Below are positions 7,827 through 16,543 of a stretch of DNA of 33,033 nucleotides, piece after piece. The stretch covers positions 1 to 33,033 of IMG/VR virus record IMGVR_UViG_3300048577_000431; one strand, given 5' to 3'. Below the pieces are notes generated by a model, which saw only the letters and a program-made list of their open reading frames with translations, did no database searches and had not been told where the DNA came from. Position numbers and translations under genes: made by a program. The stretch is from a virus (taxonomy: Duplodnaviria; Caudoviricetes). Numbering within the stretch: the first letter of the stretch is position 1; each line of letters begins with the position of its first letter.

Positions 7827-8348
7827 ATGTCTCATAAAACGCTCTGGATTCTTATCGCCTGGCTCGTGTTTCTCGCCGGTACCATCGCCCTGCAGGCGGT
7901 GACCGGCCCTCAGCTTCCCACCACCATCATCGTCAATCTCGCGGGGTACATCACCCTCGCCTATGTCGGCGTCTCCAAGGCGGCGAACATCGTCAAGGCC
8001 CTCAAGGCCCCCGCCGGGGAATTCGGCTTCGAGTACGTCCAGCCCATCAAGGACCGCATGCTCTGGATCACCATCGTCTGGCTCCTCTTCATCGTCGAGG
8101 TGCTTATCGTCCGCGCCCTGGTGCCGGATGGCACCGCGCTCCCTGTGGAGGAGGTGATCGGCTTCGCCGGGACCCTCTCCGCCGTCTACGTCGGCATGAA
8201 CAAGGGCGAGCAGGTAGCCGCCGCGTCGGGCAAGACCACGGGAGGCGAGGCGTTAAAAACCTTGAGCAGTACTTCCGCGACGCCCTCAAGAATCCGCTCG
8301 GCATCGACCACAACGTCCGCGCCCGGCTCGACGAGAATGGCGCCGTGA
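7827..8348 (+). CDS. Multi-TM membrane protein, putative holin; natural stop probably at 8253-8255
   Basis: GGGAGG RBS; four hydrophobic segments in two similar halves; first late gene. The C-terminal ~31 aa look like read-through. Confidence 0.6.
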   Translation: MSHKTLWILIAWLVFLAGTIALQAVTGPQLPTTIIVNLAGYITLAYVGVSKAANIVKALKAPAGEFGFEYVQPIKDRMLWITIVWLLFIVEVLIVRALVPDGTALPVEEVIGFAGTLSAVYVGMNKGEQVAAASGKTTGGEALKTLSSTSATPSRIRSASTTTSAPGSTRMAP

Positions 8349-8431
8349 TCATCTACATCCACCCCGCCAATGTGAGCGGGGACACCCTCGACTTCAAGGT
8401 CGAGGGAAACGAGCTGGAGGCCTTGCGATGA
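8252..8431 (+). pseudogene. 59-codon phage protein whose start codon appears mutated (GTG to GTT)
   Basis: Open frame (V)KNLEQYFRDALKNPLGIDHNVRARLDENGAVIIYIHPANVSGDTLDFKVEGNELEALR* with genome-like codon usage, GGAGG at 8241-8245, and ATGA coupling to 8428. Confidence 0.65.
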
Positions 8432-8730
8432 TCCAGGCGCTCCTGGTGCTCGTCCTGGTCCTCGCCGCCGCCTGCGCCGTGTCGGTGCTCGTGGCCAAGG
8501 CCCAGGCGAAGCGGGCCGCGAAGGCCGAGGCGGAGGCCAAGCGCCTCCACGACGCCTTCTGGGAAGTCGAGCAGCGCGCCGAGCGCCTGCAGAAAGCCTT
8601 GGACGGAAATCTCAAGGCGGAGGAAGAGGCGGATGAAAAACGGAAAGACCTGGCCGCTACGGCTGATTCCGATCTTGCTGGTCGCGCTAATGGCCTTTTC
8701 GGCGTGCGCGACGGTAAAAAGCGCTCCTGA
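8428..8730 (+). CDS. Putative inner-membrane spanin (Rz-like)
   Basis: N-terminal TM followed by an Ala/Glu/Lys coiled coil; overlaps the downstream lipoprotein gene. Confidence 0.55.
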   Translation: MIQALLVLVLVLAAACAVSVLVAKAQAKRAAKAEAEAKRLHDAFWEVEQRAERLQKALDGNLKAEEEADEKRKDLAATADSDLAGRANGLFGVRDGKKRS

Positions 8731-8932
8731 CGCGGAGCTTGAAAAAGTGGAGGCGGCCCTGGTGCCGCCCATGCCGAAGGCGCCGGACATGGAGCCGGTT
8801 TCCTTCGAGGACCGCGACGGCGGCCTGTGGCTGTCCTACGACGACTACCGGGCGCTGGAGCGAAACGTGATAGCCCTGCGGGAATACGCCGCGCGGCTGG
8901 AAGTCATCATCGGTTTTTATAAGGGGGAGTAG
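8633..8932 (+). CDS. Putative lipoprotein / outer-membrane spanin (Rz1-like)
   Basis: Signal peptide with lipobox-like FSA-C; Pro-rich linker; starts inside the previous gene in another frame. Confidence 0.55.
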   Translation: MKNGKTWPLRLIPILLVALMAFSACATVKSAPDAELEKVEAALVPPMPKAPDMEPVSFEDRDGGLWLSYDDYRALERNVIALREYAARLEVIIGFYKGE

Positions 8933-9339
8933 TGGCAGCGAGACGAACGGCGCATACCGGACAACCACAAGATAATGAATCGCGGAATGGCGCCACGGCT
9001 CCTTGCCCTATGAACCCCGAGTGCGCGGCGGAGTTCGCCGCCATAGCTACGAACTACGAGAATCTGCGGGACCGCTTTGACCGCCTGGAGGATACCTTCG
9101 CCGAGGGCATCGAAAGCCTCAGGCGCTACCTCAAGGAAGAGTACGCCCAGTCCATCGAGTTCCGCATGTCCGCCCTGACCTCCCGCCTCGAATCGGCGGA
9201 GAAGCAGATCGGCGTCATGCAAAAGACCCTCTCCGAAGTATCCAAGAAGATCGTCTACGCCACGGGCGGCATCGCCATGCTGGCCTTCCTCATCGGCCTC
9301 GCGGTCTCCCTGTTGCCGAAGCTCCTGGGAGGTAAATAG
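8932..9339 (+). CDS. Coiled-coil protein with C-terminal TM helix (lysis/packaging junction)
   Basis: Heptad region followed by IVYATGGIAMLAFLIGLAVSLL; start codon uncertain. Confidence 0.6.
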   Translation: MAARRTAHTGQPQDNESRNGATAPCPMNPECAAEFAAIATNYENLRDRFDRLEDTFAEGIESLRRYLKEEYAQSIEFRMSALTSRLESAEKQIGVMQKTLSEVSKKIVYATGGIAMLAFLIGLAVSLLPKLLGGK

Positions 9340-9818
9340 TGGCCCTCCCCGATAAGCGCGACGAAGCCGAGCGCCTGTACGTTCGCCTCTCCATGACCTG
9401 CCCCGCCATCGCGGAGGAGCTTGGCGTCAACGAGGGCACCGTCTACCGCTGGAAGGCCGAGGCCGCCGAGAAAGGCGAGTCCCTGGACTGGGACGTGCAG
9501 CGCCGCATCTACAACATGAGCCCCCGCGAGATGGTGGCCATGTACGCCGAAAGCGTCAAAGCCTGGCTCGTGAAGATCAAGACGGACCCGGAGCTGCTCT
9601 CCGATCCGAAGATCGCCGACGCCATCGCCAAGCACATTTCCGTCATGCAGAAGATCGACGCCCGCAGTCAGTACCTCGGCGTCGCCATCGACCTGATCAA
9701 GGTCGCCAATAGCTGGCTGGCCGAACACCAGCCGGATATGAAGGCCAAGATGGAGCCCTTCTGGGACGCCATCTATCAAGAGCTGGTTTCCTACTCGACC
9801 AGGAAGGGGATGTTTTAA
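9339..9818 (+). CDS. Terminase small subunit-like HTH protein (DUF1804-like)
   Basis: AERLYV...IAEELGVNEGTVYRWK...WD; directly upstream of the large terminase. Confidence 0.75.
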   Translation: MALPDKRDEAERLYVRLSMTCPAIAEELGVNEGTVYRWKAEAAEKGESLDWDVQRRIYNMSPREMVAMYAESVKAWLVKIKTDPELLSDPKIADAIAKHISVMQKIDARSQYLGVAIDLIKVANSWLAEHQPDMKAKMEPFWDAIYQELVSYSTRKGMF

Positions 9819-11347
9819 TGCGCGAGATACGCACGTTAAAGCAGCTTGAAACCGCCTGGAACGAGCTGAAGGAAGAGATACTCTCCCGGCCGCTGTTCCT
9901 CGACAATTCAGCCAAGGAAGAGCGGAAGAAGCGCTGCGAGGGCAGCGTCCTTGAGTTCGGGCGCACCTACTTCCCGGACTATGTCCCGGCCGAGTACTCG
10001 AAGATCCACAAAGACTGGGAGAAGGTCCGCGTCATCGAGAACGAGCCGGTGCTCTTGGAGGCCTTCCGTGGCTGCGGAAAGTCCACCTACTTCTCGCTCC
10101 TGGATCCGATCCACGAGATCGCCTACGGCAAGCGCTCGTTCATGATCTTCTCCAGCTACAACGAGGAGAAGAGCGCCGTCTTCACGGGCCGCATCCTCCT
10201 GGAGCTGATGTTCAACCAGCGCCTGAAGAACGACTTCGGCGAGTTCATCCTTCCGGGGAAGAGCCCCGGCGTCCGCCACTTCACCGCCGACATCCCCGGA
10301 TCCGGCGGAAAGACCGTCGGCGTCCGTGCCGTGTCCATCGGCCAGGACCCGCGCGGTTTCGTCCACGGCCCGAACCGGCCGGACTACGTGCGCCTGGACG
10401 ACATCCAGAGCCGCAAGCGGGCCAAGAGCCGCAAGTTCGTCCGCGAGGCCGTCGAGTGGATCACCCAGGACTTGCTCCCCGCTCTGGCCGAGCACTACTC
10501 CTGCGTGGTCGTCGCCACGCCGCTCAATACGCAGTGCGTAGCCAGCACTCTGGAAAAGGGAAGCGACGACGTGGGCGCCGTCCGGACGTTCAAGTTCCCG
10601 GCGGAGGAGCGCGGCCGCCCGACCTGGAAGGACGCCTTCCCGGCCGCCCGCCTGGCCAAGATCAAGAAGACCATCGGTTCCACGGCCTACGCGCAGGAGT
10701 ACCTCCTGATCCCGCAGGCCCTGGACGAGAAGATATTCCGCGAGGAGTGCATCAAGAACTACGAGCCGGAGGAACTGATCGGCATCCGTTTCGCCTACGT
10801 GTTCAGCTGGACCGATCCGTCCGTGAAGCACGAGGAGAAGCACTGCTACAAGGCGACCATCTGCGCGGGCATCACCGACGAGGGGACGATCTACGTCCTC
10901 AAGGCGCGGATCCGCAAGGAGTCCGTCTCCCGGATGGTGGACAGCATGTACCTCATCTACACCGCCTGCAATCCGTCGTGGATGTTTTACGAGGACAACG
11001 GCGGCCAGGCGCTCCTGGCCGAGGTGCTGGACGCCAAGGCCGAGCAGGAGGGATACCACATCCCGCGCCGCGCCGAGACCAACACGATCCACAAGGACAC
11101 CCGCATCGAGGGGACGCTCTCCGCCCCCATCGAGAACGGCGTAATCCGTTTTCACAAGGCCGACCCGGACCAGAAGGAGCTGATCGACCAGCTCCTGCAG
11201 TTCCCCGACGGGGAATACAAGGACGGCCCCGACGCCCTGGAGGGCGTGGTCCGCAAGCTCCAGGAGTACGCCCGCAAGCGCCGCGCGGGGATGCCCACCA
11301 CGGGCCGCCCGCGCTCCTCGGCTCGGGTACTGCGGGGGTATGAATGA
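9818..11347 (+). CDS. Terminase large subunit
   Basis: Walker A AFRGCGKST, RPDYVRLDD, nuclease-domain WTDPS and DGPDALE. Confidence 0.92.
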   Translation: MREIRTLKQLETAWNELKEEILSRPLFLDNSAKEERKKRCEGSVLEFGRTYFPDYVPAEYSKIHKDWEKVRVIENEPVLLEAFRGCGKSTYFSLLDPIHEIAYGKRSFMIFSSYNEEKSAVFTGRILLELMFNQRLKNDFGEFILPGKSPGVRHFTADIPGSGGKTVGVRAVSIGQDPRGFVHGPNRPDYVRLDDIQSRKRAKSRKFVREAVEWITQDLLPALAEHYSCVVVATPLNTQCVASTLEKGSDDVGAVRTFKFPAEERGRPTWKDAFPAARLAKIKKTIGSTAYAQEYLLIPQALDEKIFREECIKNYEPEELIGIRFAYVFSWTDPSVKHEEKHCYKATICAGITDEGTIYVLKARIRKESVSRMVDSMYLIYTACNPSWMFYEDNGGQALLAEVLDAKAEQEGYHIPRRAETNTIHKDTRIEGTLSAPIENGVIRFHKADPDQKELIDQLLQFPDGEYKDGPDALEGVVRKLQEYARKRRAGMPTTGRPRSSARVLRGYE

Positions 11348-12990
11348 GCCGCAAGCATCGGAATTACCAGAACTGGGGACCGGGCACCAAGACCGATAAG
11401 GTCGCGGAAGGGCTCGCCGACCGGCCCGAGGTGAACCTCGCGGGCGGCGACCACTTCGCCACCCGCGCCCGCGCCAACGACTTCGTGCGCCTCATGCGCA
11501 CGCTCCCCGACCCCGATCCGGTCCTCAAGAAGATGGGCCGGGGCATCACCGCCCTGCAGGAGCTTCTGACCGATAGCCACCTGGAAAGCGTGTGGAGCGT
11601 CCGCTGTTCGGCCGCCTCCGGCGCCGAGTGGTTCATGGCCGCCGGGGCAGACGGCAAGCGCGAGCAGGAGGCCGCCGACGCCTTCGCCGAGCAGCTCTCC
11701 GCCCTGGACGTTCCGCTCATCATCGAGGAGATGATGAACGCCGTCGCCTACGGCTATTCGCCGCTGGAGGTGCTCTGGGAACTGGACGGCGCCCGCTGGG
11801 GAATCGGCGGCATCGTCGGCAAGCCGCCGCAGTGGTTCGAGTTCGACCAGGACAACCGCCTGGTGTTCCGCACCGGCGCCGTGGGCATCGAGGAGATCCC
11901 GGAGAACCGCTTCCTCCTCGTGCGCCATCGCCCGAGCTACGCCAACCCCTACGGGGACAAGGTGTTCTCCAAGTGCTTCTGGCCGGTGACCTTCAAGAAG
12001 AACGGCTTCCGCTGGTGGACCGTGTTCGTGGAGAAGTACGGCGGCGCGTTCATGTACGGCAAGTACCCGAACAACGCCGGGGAAGAATACAAGGCCGAGC
12101 TGCTCGGCGCCCTGGAGAAGATGATATCCGACGCGGTCGCCATAGCGCCCGAAGGCGCGGACATCACCATCGAGGCCCTGGCCAACAAGGGCAGCGTGTC
12201 CAGCGTGCACGCCGAGTACATCGCCATGGCGAACGCCGAGATTTCCAAGGCCGTCCTCGGCCAGACCCTGACCACCGAGATCGGCGACAAGGGCAGCTAC
12301 GCCGCGTCCAAGACCCACAACATGGTCCGCGAGGATCTGGCCGCCGCCGACCGCCGCCGGATCGCGGCCGCCTTCAATCGGCTGGCCTCGGTCTTCACGT
12401 TCTACAACTTCGGCGCCGAGGTGGTCCCCCCGGTCTTCTCCTTCGTGAAGGACGAAGACCTCCAGCCCGCCCGCGCCAAGCGCGACGTGGACCTCTACTC
12501 CATCGGCTGGCGACCGAAGAAGAGCTACATCGCCCGCGAGTACGGGATACCCGAAGACGACTTCGACCTGGCGAGCGCCCAGCCCGCCGGATTCAAGCGC
12601 GCCGCATCGGCGCTGATACCCGAGCGCGAGCACCCGGAGGACTGTTCCTGCGGATGCCGCGACGACGCGGACGAGCGCCGACCGGCCAAGAAGAGCCCCG
12701 GCCTGTTCGCCCGGCTCGCCTCCCTGTTCTCCAAGACCAAGGAGGACAAGGAGCGGGAGAAAGACGACCGACTCGTCGGCGACTTCGAGAAGTCGGCGAT
12801 GAAGGCGGCCCAGGAGGAAACGGATGAAGCCGTCGACGCCCTTATCGGGGCCGCAGGCTCGGCGGAGACTTTTGAAGATGCGCTTGCGGCTATTACGACT
12901 GCGTATGGTCGCCGCTCTCCTGCGCGGTGCGCGGCTCTGCTTGACGAGGTTCGATATGCGGCAAGCCAGGTAGGTGCCCGCCGTGGCTGA
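11344..12990 (+). CDS. Portal protein (Mu gp29/DUF935-like)
   Basis: AYGYSPLEVLW, WTVFVEKYG...GKY, ISKAVLGQTLTT...GSYAASKTH. Confidence 0.92.
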   Translation: MSRKHRNYQNWGPGTKTDKVAEGLADRPEVNLAGGDHFATRARANDFVRLMRTLPDPDPVLKKMGRGITALQELLTDSHLESVWSVRCSAASGAEWFMAAGADGKREQEAADAFAEQLSALDVPLIIEEMMNAVAYGYSPLEVLWELDGARWGIGGIVGKPPQWFEFDQDNRLVFRTGAVGIEEIPENRFLLVRHRPSYANPYGDKVFSKCFWPVTFKKNGFRWWTVFVEKYGGAFMYGKYPNNAGEEYKAELLGALEKMISDAVAIAPEGADITIEALANKGSVSSVHAEYIAMANAEISKAVLGQTLTTEIGDKGSYAASKTHNMVREDLAAADRRRIAAAFNRLASVFTFYNFGAEVVPPVFSFVKDEDLQPARAKRDVDLYSIGWRPKKSYIAREYGIPEDDFDLASAQPAGFKRAASALIPEREHPEDCSCGCRDDADERRPAKKSPGLFARLASLFSKTKEDKEREKDDRLVGDFEKSAMKAAQEETDEAVDALIGAAGSAETFEDALAAITTAYGRRSPARCAALLDEVRYAASQVGARRG

Positions 12991-14224
12991 TCGCATCCCC
13001 GATCCGGCCGAGGCCAAGCGCTACCTCTCGCGCAAGGCTGTGGTGGAGACCGAAGACTGGGACGACCTGAAGTGGGGCGAGCACGCCCACGCCTTCACCG
13101 TCGCCCACTCTCGGGACGCCGCCGTGCTGGACGACATCTTCGGGCTCCTCAATGACGCCATGGCTAATGGCGAGAGCTACGAGACCTTCCGCAAGGGCCT
13201 GCGCGGCCTCATGGAGGACAAGGGCTGGTACGGCAGGCAGGACAAGGGACCGGAGGACGAGGAGTACATCAACTGGCGGACGAAGCTCATTTACCACGTC
13301 AACCAGCGCACCGCCTACGAGGCGGGCCGGTATCGCCAGCAACTGCGCGGCGCCGCGCTCCGGCCGATCTGGGTCTACAAGTCCAAGCTCGTCGGAAGCA
13401 ACCGGCGCCAGGACCACGTGGCCATGCACGACAAGGCGCTTCGGTACGACGATCCCTTCTGGGACACGCATCGTCCGCCGAACGGCTGGGGCTGCGAGTG
13501 CTCCGTGGTGACCTTGAGCGAGTCAGGCGCCGAGCGTGATGGGATCGAGGTGATCTCTTCCGGATCCGACGGCCAGCCTCCGGCGCTCATGGGGCCGGAC
13601 GGCCGCATGGTCGACTGGGACGAGTTTACGCCCGAGGAGTGGCGGTACAACCCCGGCCGAGAGGCTCTGGCGCCGAACTTCGGCCGCTACGAGAACCTCG
13701 CGCGCGCCCGGATGCCGGACGGCCGCACCGCCCTGCGCCACGTGGTGGACCGCTACCGCGCCGACATGGACGGAACGCGGATGACCGAGGGCGAGTTCAA
13801 GAAGACCCTGGACCGCATGGTCAAGAAGGACTACGCGCCCCAGGAGATTCTCTACCAGGTGGGGAACCTGGACGCCGACCGCTTCGCCGCCATGGAGAAG
13901 GCCGGGGTCGGCGACTCGAAGATCATGGCCACCGACGCCGAGCTGTATCACGGCACGGCCGACAAGGTGGCCCGTCAGAAGATCCCGAGCGGACGCTTTG
14001 AAGAGCTGTACAAGACCCTTCAAAGCCCCGAGCGAATATACGAAAACGGCCGCCCGGATCACCCGGAGCAGGGCCGCGAGTTCCACTTCGTTAAGGATAC
14101 CGGAGACGGGAAGGTCTTGAAGGTGGTGCTCAAACAGGCGTCTCCGGAAACCGCGCTGCGGATCCGGACGATGGGGCTGGTGGAGGATCAGTACGCGGGA
14201 GGGCAGTTTGAAAAGGTGTGGTAG
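12983..14224 (+). CDS. MuF (gp30) head morphogenesis protein with a C-terminal extension
   Basis: HAHAFTVAH, R..H...DDPFWDTHRPPNGWGCECSV, W.YNPG, then about 180 extra aa. GTG 12983 is the probable start. Confidence 0.88.
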   Translation: MADRIPDPAEAKRYLSRKAVVETEDWDDLKWGEHAHAFTVAHSRDAAVLDDIFGLLNDAMANGESYETFRKGLRGLMEDKGWYGRQDKGPEDEEYINWRTKLIYHVNQRTAYEAGRYRQQLRGAALRPIWVYKSKLVGSNRRQDHVAMHDKALRYDDPFWDTHRPPNGWGCECSVVTLSESGAERDGIEVISSGSDGQPPALMGPDGRMVDWDEFTPEEWRYNPGREALAPNFGRYENLARARMPDGRTALRHVVDRYRADMDGTRMTEGEFKKTLDRMVKKDYAPQEILYQVGNLDADRFAAMEKAGVGDSKIMATDAELYHGTADKVARQKIPSGRFEELYKTLQSPERIYENGRPDHPEQGREFHFVKDTGDGKVLKVVLKQASPETALRIRTMGLVEDQYAGGQFEKVW

Positions 14225-14356
14225 CCGCCGGGCGGAATTTGCGTCCGCTGCATCCCCGGCCGGATCGCTCCGGCAAGGCCGTGCTCTGGATATGGTCCTC
14301 AACGGCCACCAGTTCAAGTATAGCGCCGCTTCGCGCGGCGATCAAGGAGGAAGCCG

Positions 14357-14968
14357 GTGAGCATCAAGGGCGCGCGGTTCTGGAACGACCGGGACCATTA
14401 CTATACGCAGACGAACAACCCGACCGAGGAGATTCTCCGCAAGCGGTCGGACGGTAACTGGCTGGTTTCCTGCGGCCCCTCGGCGGCGGTCTCCTGCCTG
14501 TCGGCCATGGGCCACGACGTGGCGGTCAAGTGCCCCGGCTCCTACGCCCCCCAGCCGGAAGAGGTCTTTATGGACTTCTTCAACGACCCGAGGAACTACG
14601 ACGCGCTCCGCGTCGCTCGCCCGGAGACCGACCCGAAGGACTGGCACGGGAACGAGATTCCCCAGTTCTACCCGGTCGCGGTCCCGGCCGTCTTCGGCGT
14701 TCGTGCGGACTTCTCCTGGTGCAACGACATCGACCGGGTGGCCGCGAGCCTGCGGGAGGGGAAGGCCGTCCAGCTGTGCCTGGTCAAGCCGGGTCACTAC
14801 GTGGCGGCCGTCGCTTGGGACGAAGAAGCACGGGAGCTGATCTTCAACGATCCGTGGCCCGGCCGCTTCGCCGACAAGGATGGCTTCAACCGGAGGATGG
14901 GGGAAGCGGAATACCGCGCGAACGTGAAGCCGTTCGTGATCGTGTATGGAGACAGAATCGGTGCGTAA
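14357..14968 (+). CDS. C39-like papain-fold cysteine peptidase, possible endolysin
   Basis: YTQTNN, SCGPSAAVSCL (Cys), PGHYVAAVAWD (His), IFNDPW (Asp); AAGGAGG RBS. Confidence 0.7.
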   Translation: MSIKGARFWNDRDHYYTQTNNPTEEILRKRSDGNWLVSCGPSAAVSCLSAMGHDVAVKCPGSYAPQPEEVFMDFFNDPRNYDALRVARPETDPKDWHGNEIPQFYPVAVPAVFGVRADFSWCNDIDRVAASLREGKAVQLCLVKPGHYVAAVAWDEEARELIFNDPWPGRFADKDGFNRRMGEAEYRANVKPFVIVYGDRIGA

Positions 14969-15070
14969 GGCGGCCAAATATAGCGGAAAGGCTATACACG
15001 CGAGAAAGGCCGTAAACGGGCGCGAAACGGGAAAAGGGTATCCAACTGCCACTAGGGCGGGGTCAATCGA

Positions 15071-15099
15071 AATTAAAGGCGAATTAAAGCCAATTAAAG
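15071..15099. repeat. AATTAAAG x3, helically phased, upstream of the protease gene
   Basis: Copies at 15071, 15082 and 15092. Confidence 0.75.
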
Positions 15100-15159
15100 G
15101 GTATTCCCGCCGATTGCCAGGAGCCGCTTTCCCGTTTTTTGCCCCGAAAGGGAGGGCGT

Positions 15160-16140
15160 ATGCCTGAGATCATGATTTTCAAGACCGGGAAATACCCGCA
15201 GGGCGACTGGCCCAAGGAGCGGGTGCAGCGGATGGTCGACGCCTACGATCCGGACAAGGGCATCGAGGCGGCGGTGGTGATAGGCCACAGATTCTACGCC
15301 GACACCGACGAGGCGCAGTTCGCCCATGGGTGGGTCAAGAGCCTGCGCATGGACGGCTCCGGGAAGGTCTACGCGGACATCCCCGAGTTCTCCTCGGACG
15401 CCAAGAAGGCGATGGCGGAGAAGAAGCTCCGCTACGTGTCCTCGGAGATCTTCGAGTTCGACAAGCTCGACCCAGACCAGCCGCCGTACCTGCGCGCCGT
15501 CGCGCTCCTGGGCCGGGACACCCCGGCCATTTCCACCACCCGGCTCCCGAGCCTCTTCGGCCTTCTGGGCGACGGGGCGATGAGCACGGTGGATGAGAAG
15601 CAGCATATCGCGGCCTTCACCCGCAAGGTGAGCGCCGAAGAAATGAGCACCCTGTCGTCGGAAGGACGGCAAGAGGAAACCCAGAACCTACAGGAGGAAG
15701 ACATGGGTGATGTTGAGAAACTGCAAGCCGAGCTTGCGAAGAACAACGAGCAGCTCGCCGCCTTCCGCAGGGAGAACGAAGAGCTGAAGTCCGCCGGGAA
15801 AAAGAACGACGCGACCGCTTTCTTCGGGAAGCTGCGGGACGAGGGCAAGCTCGCACCGGCGCTGTTCGACCGCGCCGTGGCGCTGGACGCCAAGCTCGGC
15901 GACGAGGACCGCAAGGAATTGCGCGCCCTCTTCGGCGAGCTTTCCACCACGGTCGACTTGACCGGCGCGCACGCGGCGGACAAGAAGCGGGCCGGAAGCC
16001 CCCAGGCTGGAAGCGCTTCGCTCACCGCCAAGATCAGGGCCTTCCAGGCGGAAAAGAAGATGGCCACCTTCGCCGACGCGGCCGCCGCGCTCTACGCGGA
16101 GAAACCCGAACTTTTCGATGAGGAAGGAGTAGAGGCATGA
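15160..16140 (+). CDS. Prohead protease/scaffold (Mu gpI/gp32-like)
   Basis: IFKTGKY, VIGH, AHGWVKSL, RYVSSE, LRAVALLG..PAI motifs; ATG 15160 with GGAGG; directly upstream of the capsid genes. Confidence 0.85.
   Translation: MPEIMIFKTGKYPQGDWPKERVQRMVDAYDPDKGIEAAVVIGHRFYADTDEAQFAHGWVKSLRMDGSGKVYADIPEFSSDAKKAMAEKKLRYVSSEIFEFDKLDPDQPPYLRAVALLGRDTPAISTTRLPSLFGLLGDGAMSTVDEKQHIAAFTRKVSAEEMSTLSSEGRQEETQNLQEEDMGDVEKLQAELAKNNEQLAAFRRENEELKSAGKKNDATAFFGKLRDEGKLAPALFDRAVALDAKLGDEDRKELRALFGELSTTVDLTGAHAADKKRAGSPQAGSASLTAKIRAFQAEKKMATFADAAAALYAEKPELFDEEGVEA
15703..16140 (+). CDS. Putative nested in-frame scaffolding protein (Mu gpZ-like)
   Basis: Internal AGGAGG (15692-15697) then in-frame ATG 15703 starting the coiled-coil half. 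Confidence 0.6.
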   Translation: MGDVEKLQAELAKNNEQLAAFRRENEELKSAGKKNDATAFFGKLRDEGKLAPALFDRAVALDAKLGDEDRKELRALFGELSTTVDLTGAHAADKKRAGSPQAGSASLTAKIRAFQAEKKMATFADAAAALYAEKPELFDEEGVEA

Positions 16141-16523
16141 GCAATCGCAGACCGTACATCGCCGAGTCGGCCATCGCCCCCGGTACCGGAGTGGTCCAGG
16201 GGACGGCCGAGACCCAGGTCAAGGCTCCGGGCTCCGGCGGCTCGGGCGACTTCATCGGGGTATGCCCCTTCGAGGCCAACGAGGCCAAGGCCGCCGGAGA
16301 CTCCGTCGGCATCGAGCTTGACGGCGTGGTCAAGGTGCTGGCGGGCGGTTCCGTTACCGCCGGGAAGAAGGCGGCCCTCAAGGCCGATACCTCCGGCGCC
16401 TTCGTCAACGTGGCCACCGCCGCCGGCAAATACGCCACCTGCGGCACGTTCCTCCAGTCCGGCTCGGCCGGGGAGTACGTGGACATGATCGTGGAACGCG
16501 GAAGCGTTACCGTCCCGGCGTAA
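16137..16523 (+). CDS. Capsid cement/decoration protein (DUF2190-like)
   Basis: Small Gly/Ala-rich beta protein between protease and major capsid. Confidence 0.7.
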   Translation: MSNRRPYIAESAIAPGTGVVQGTAETQVKAPGSGGSGDFIGVCPFEANEAKAAGDSVGIELDGVVKVLAGGSVTAGKKAALKADTSGAFVNVATAAGKYATCGTFLQSGSAGEYVDMIVERGSVTVPA

Positions 16524-16543
16524 GCCAAGGAGGAGAGTGAATT

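Noticed and set aside
14218-14457. 79-aa ORF as immunity gene for the MuF extension
   Set aside because: No RBS, atypical composition, and a 100-nt overlap with the peptidase gene
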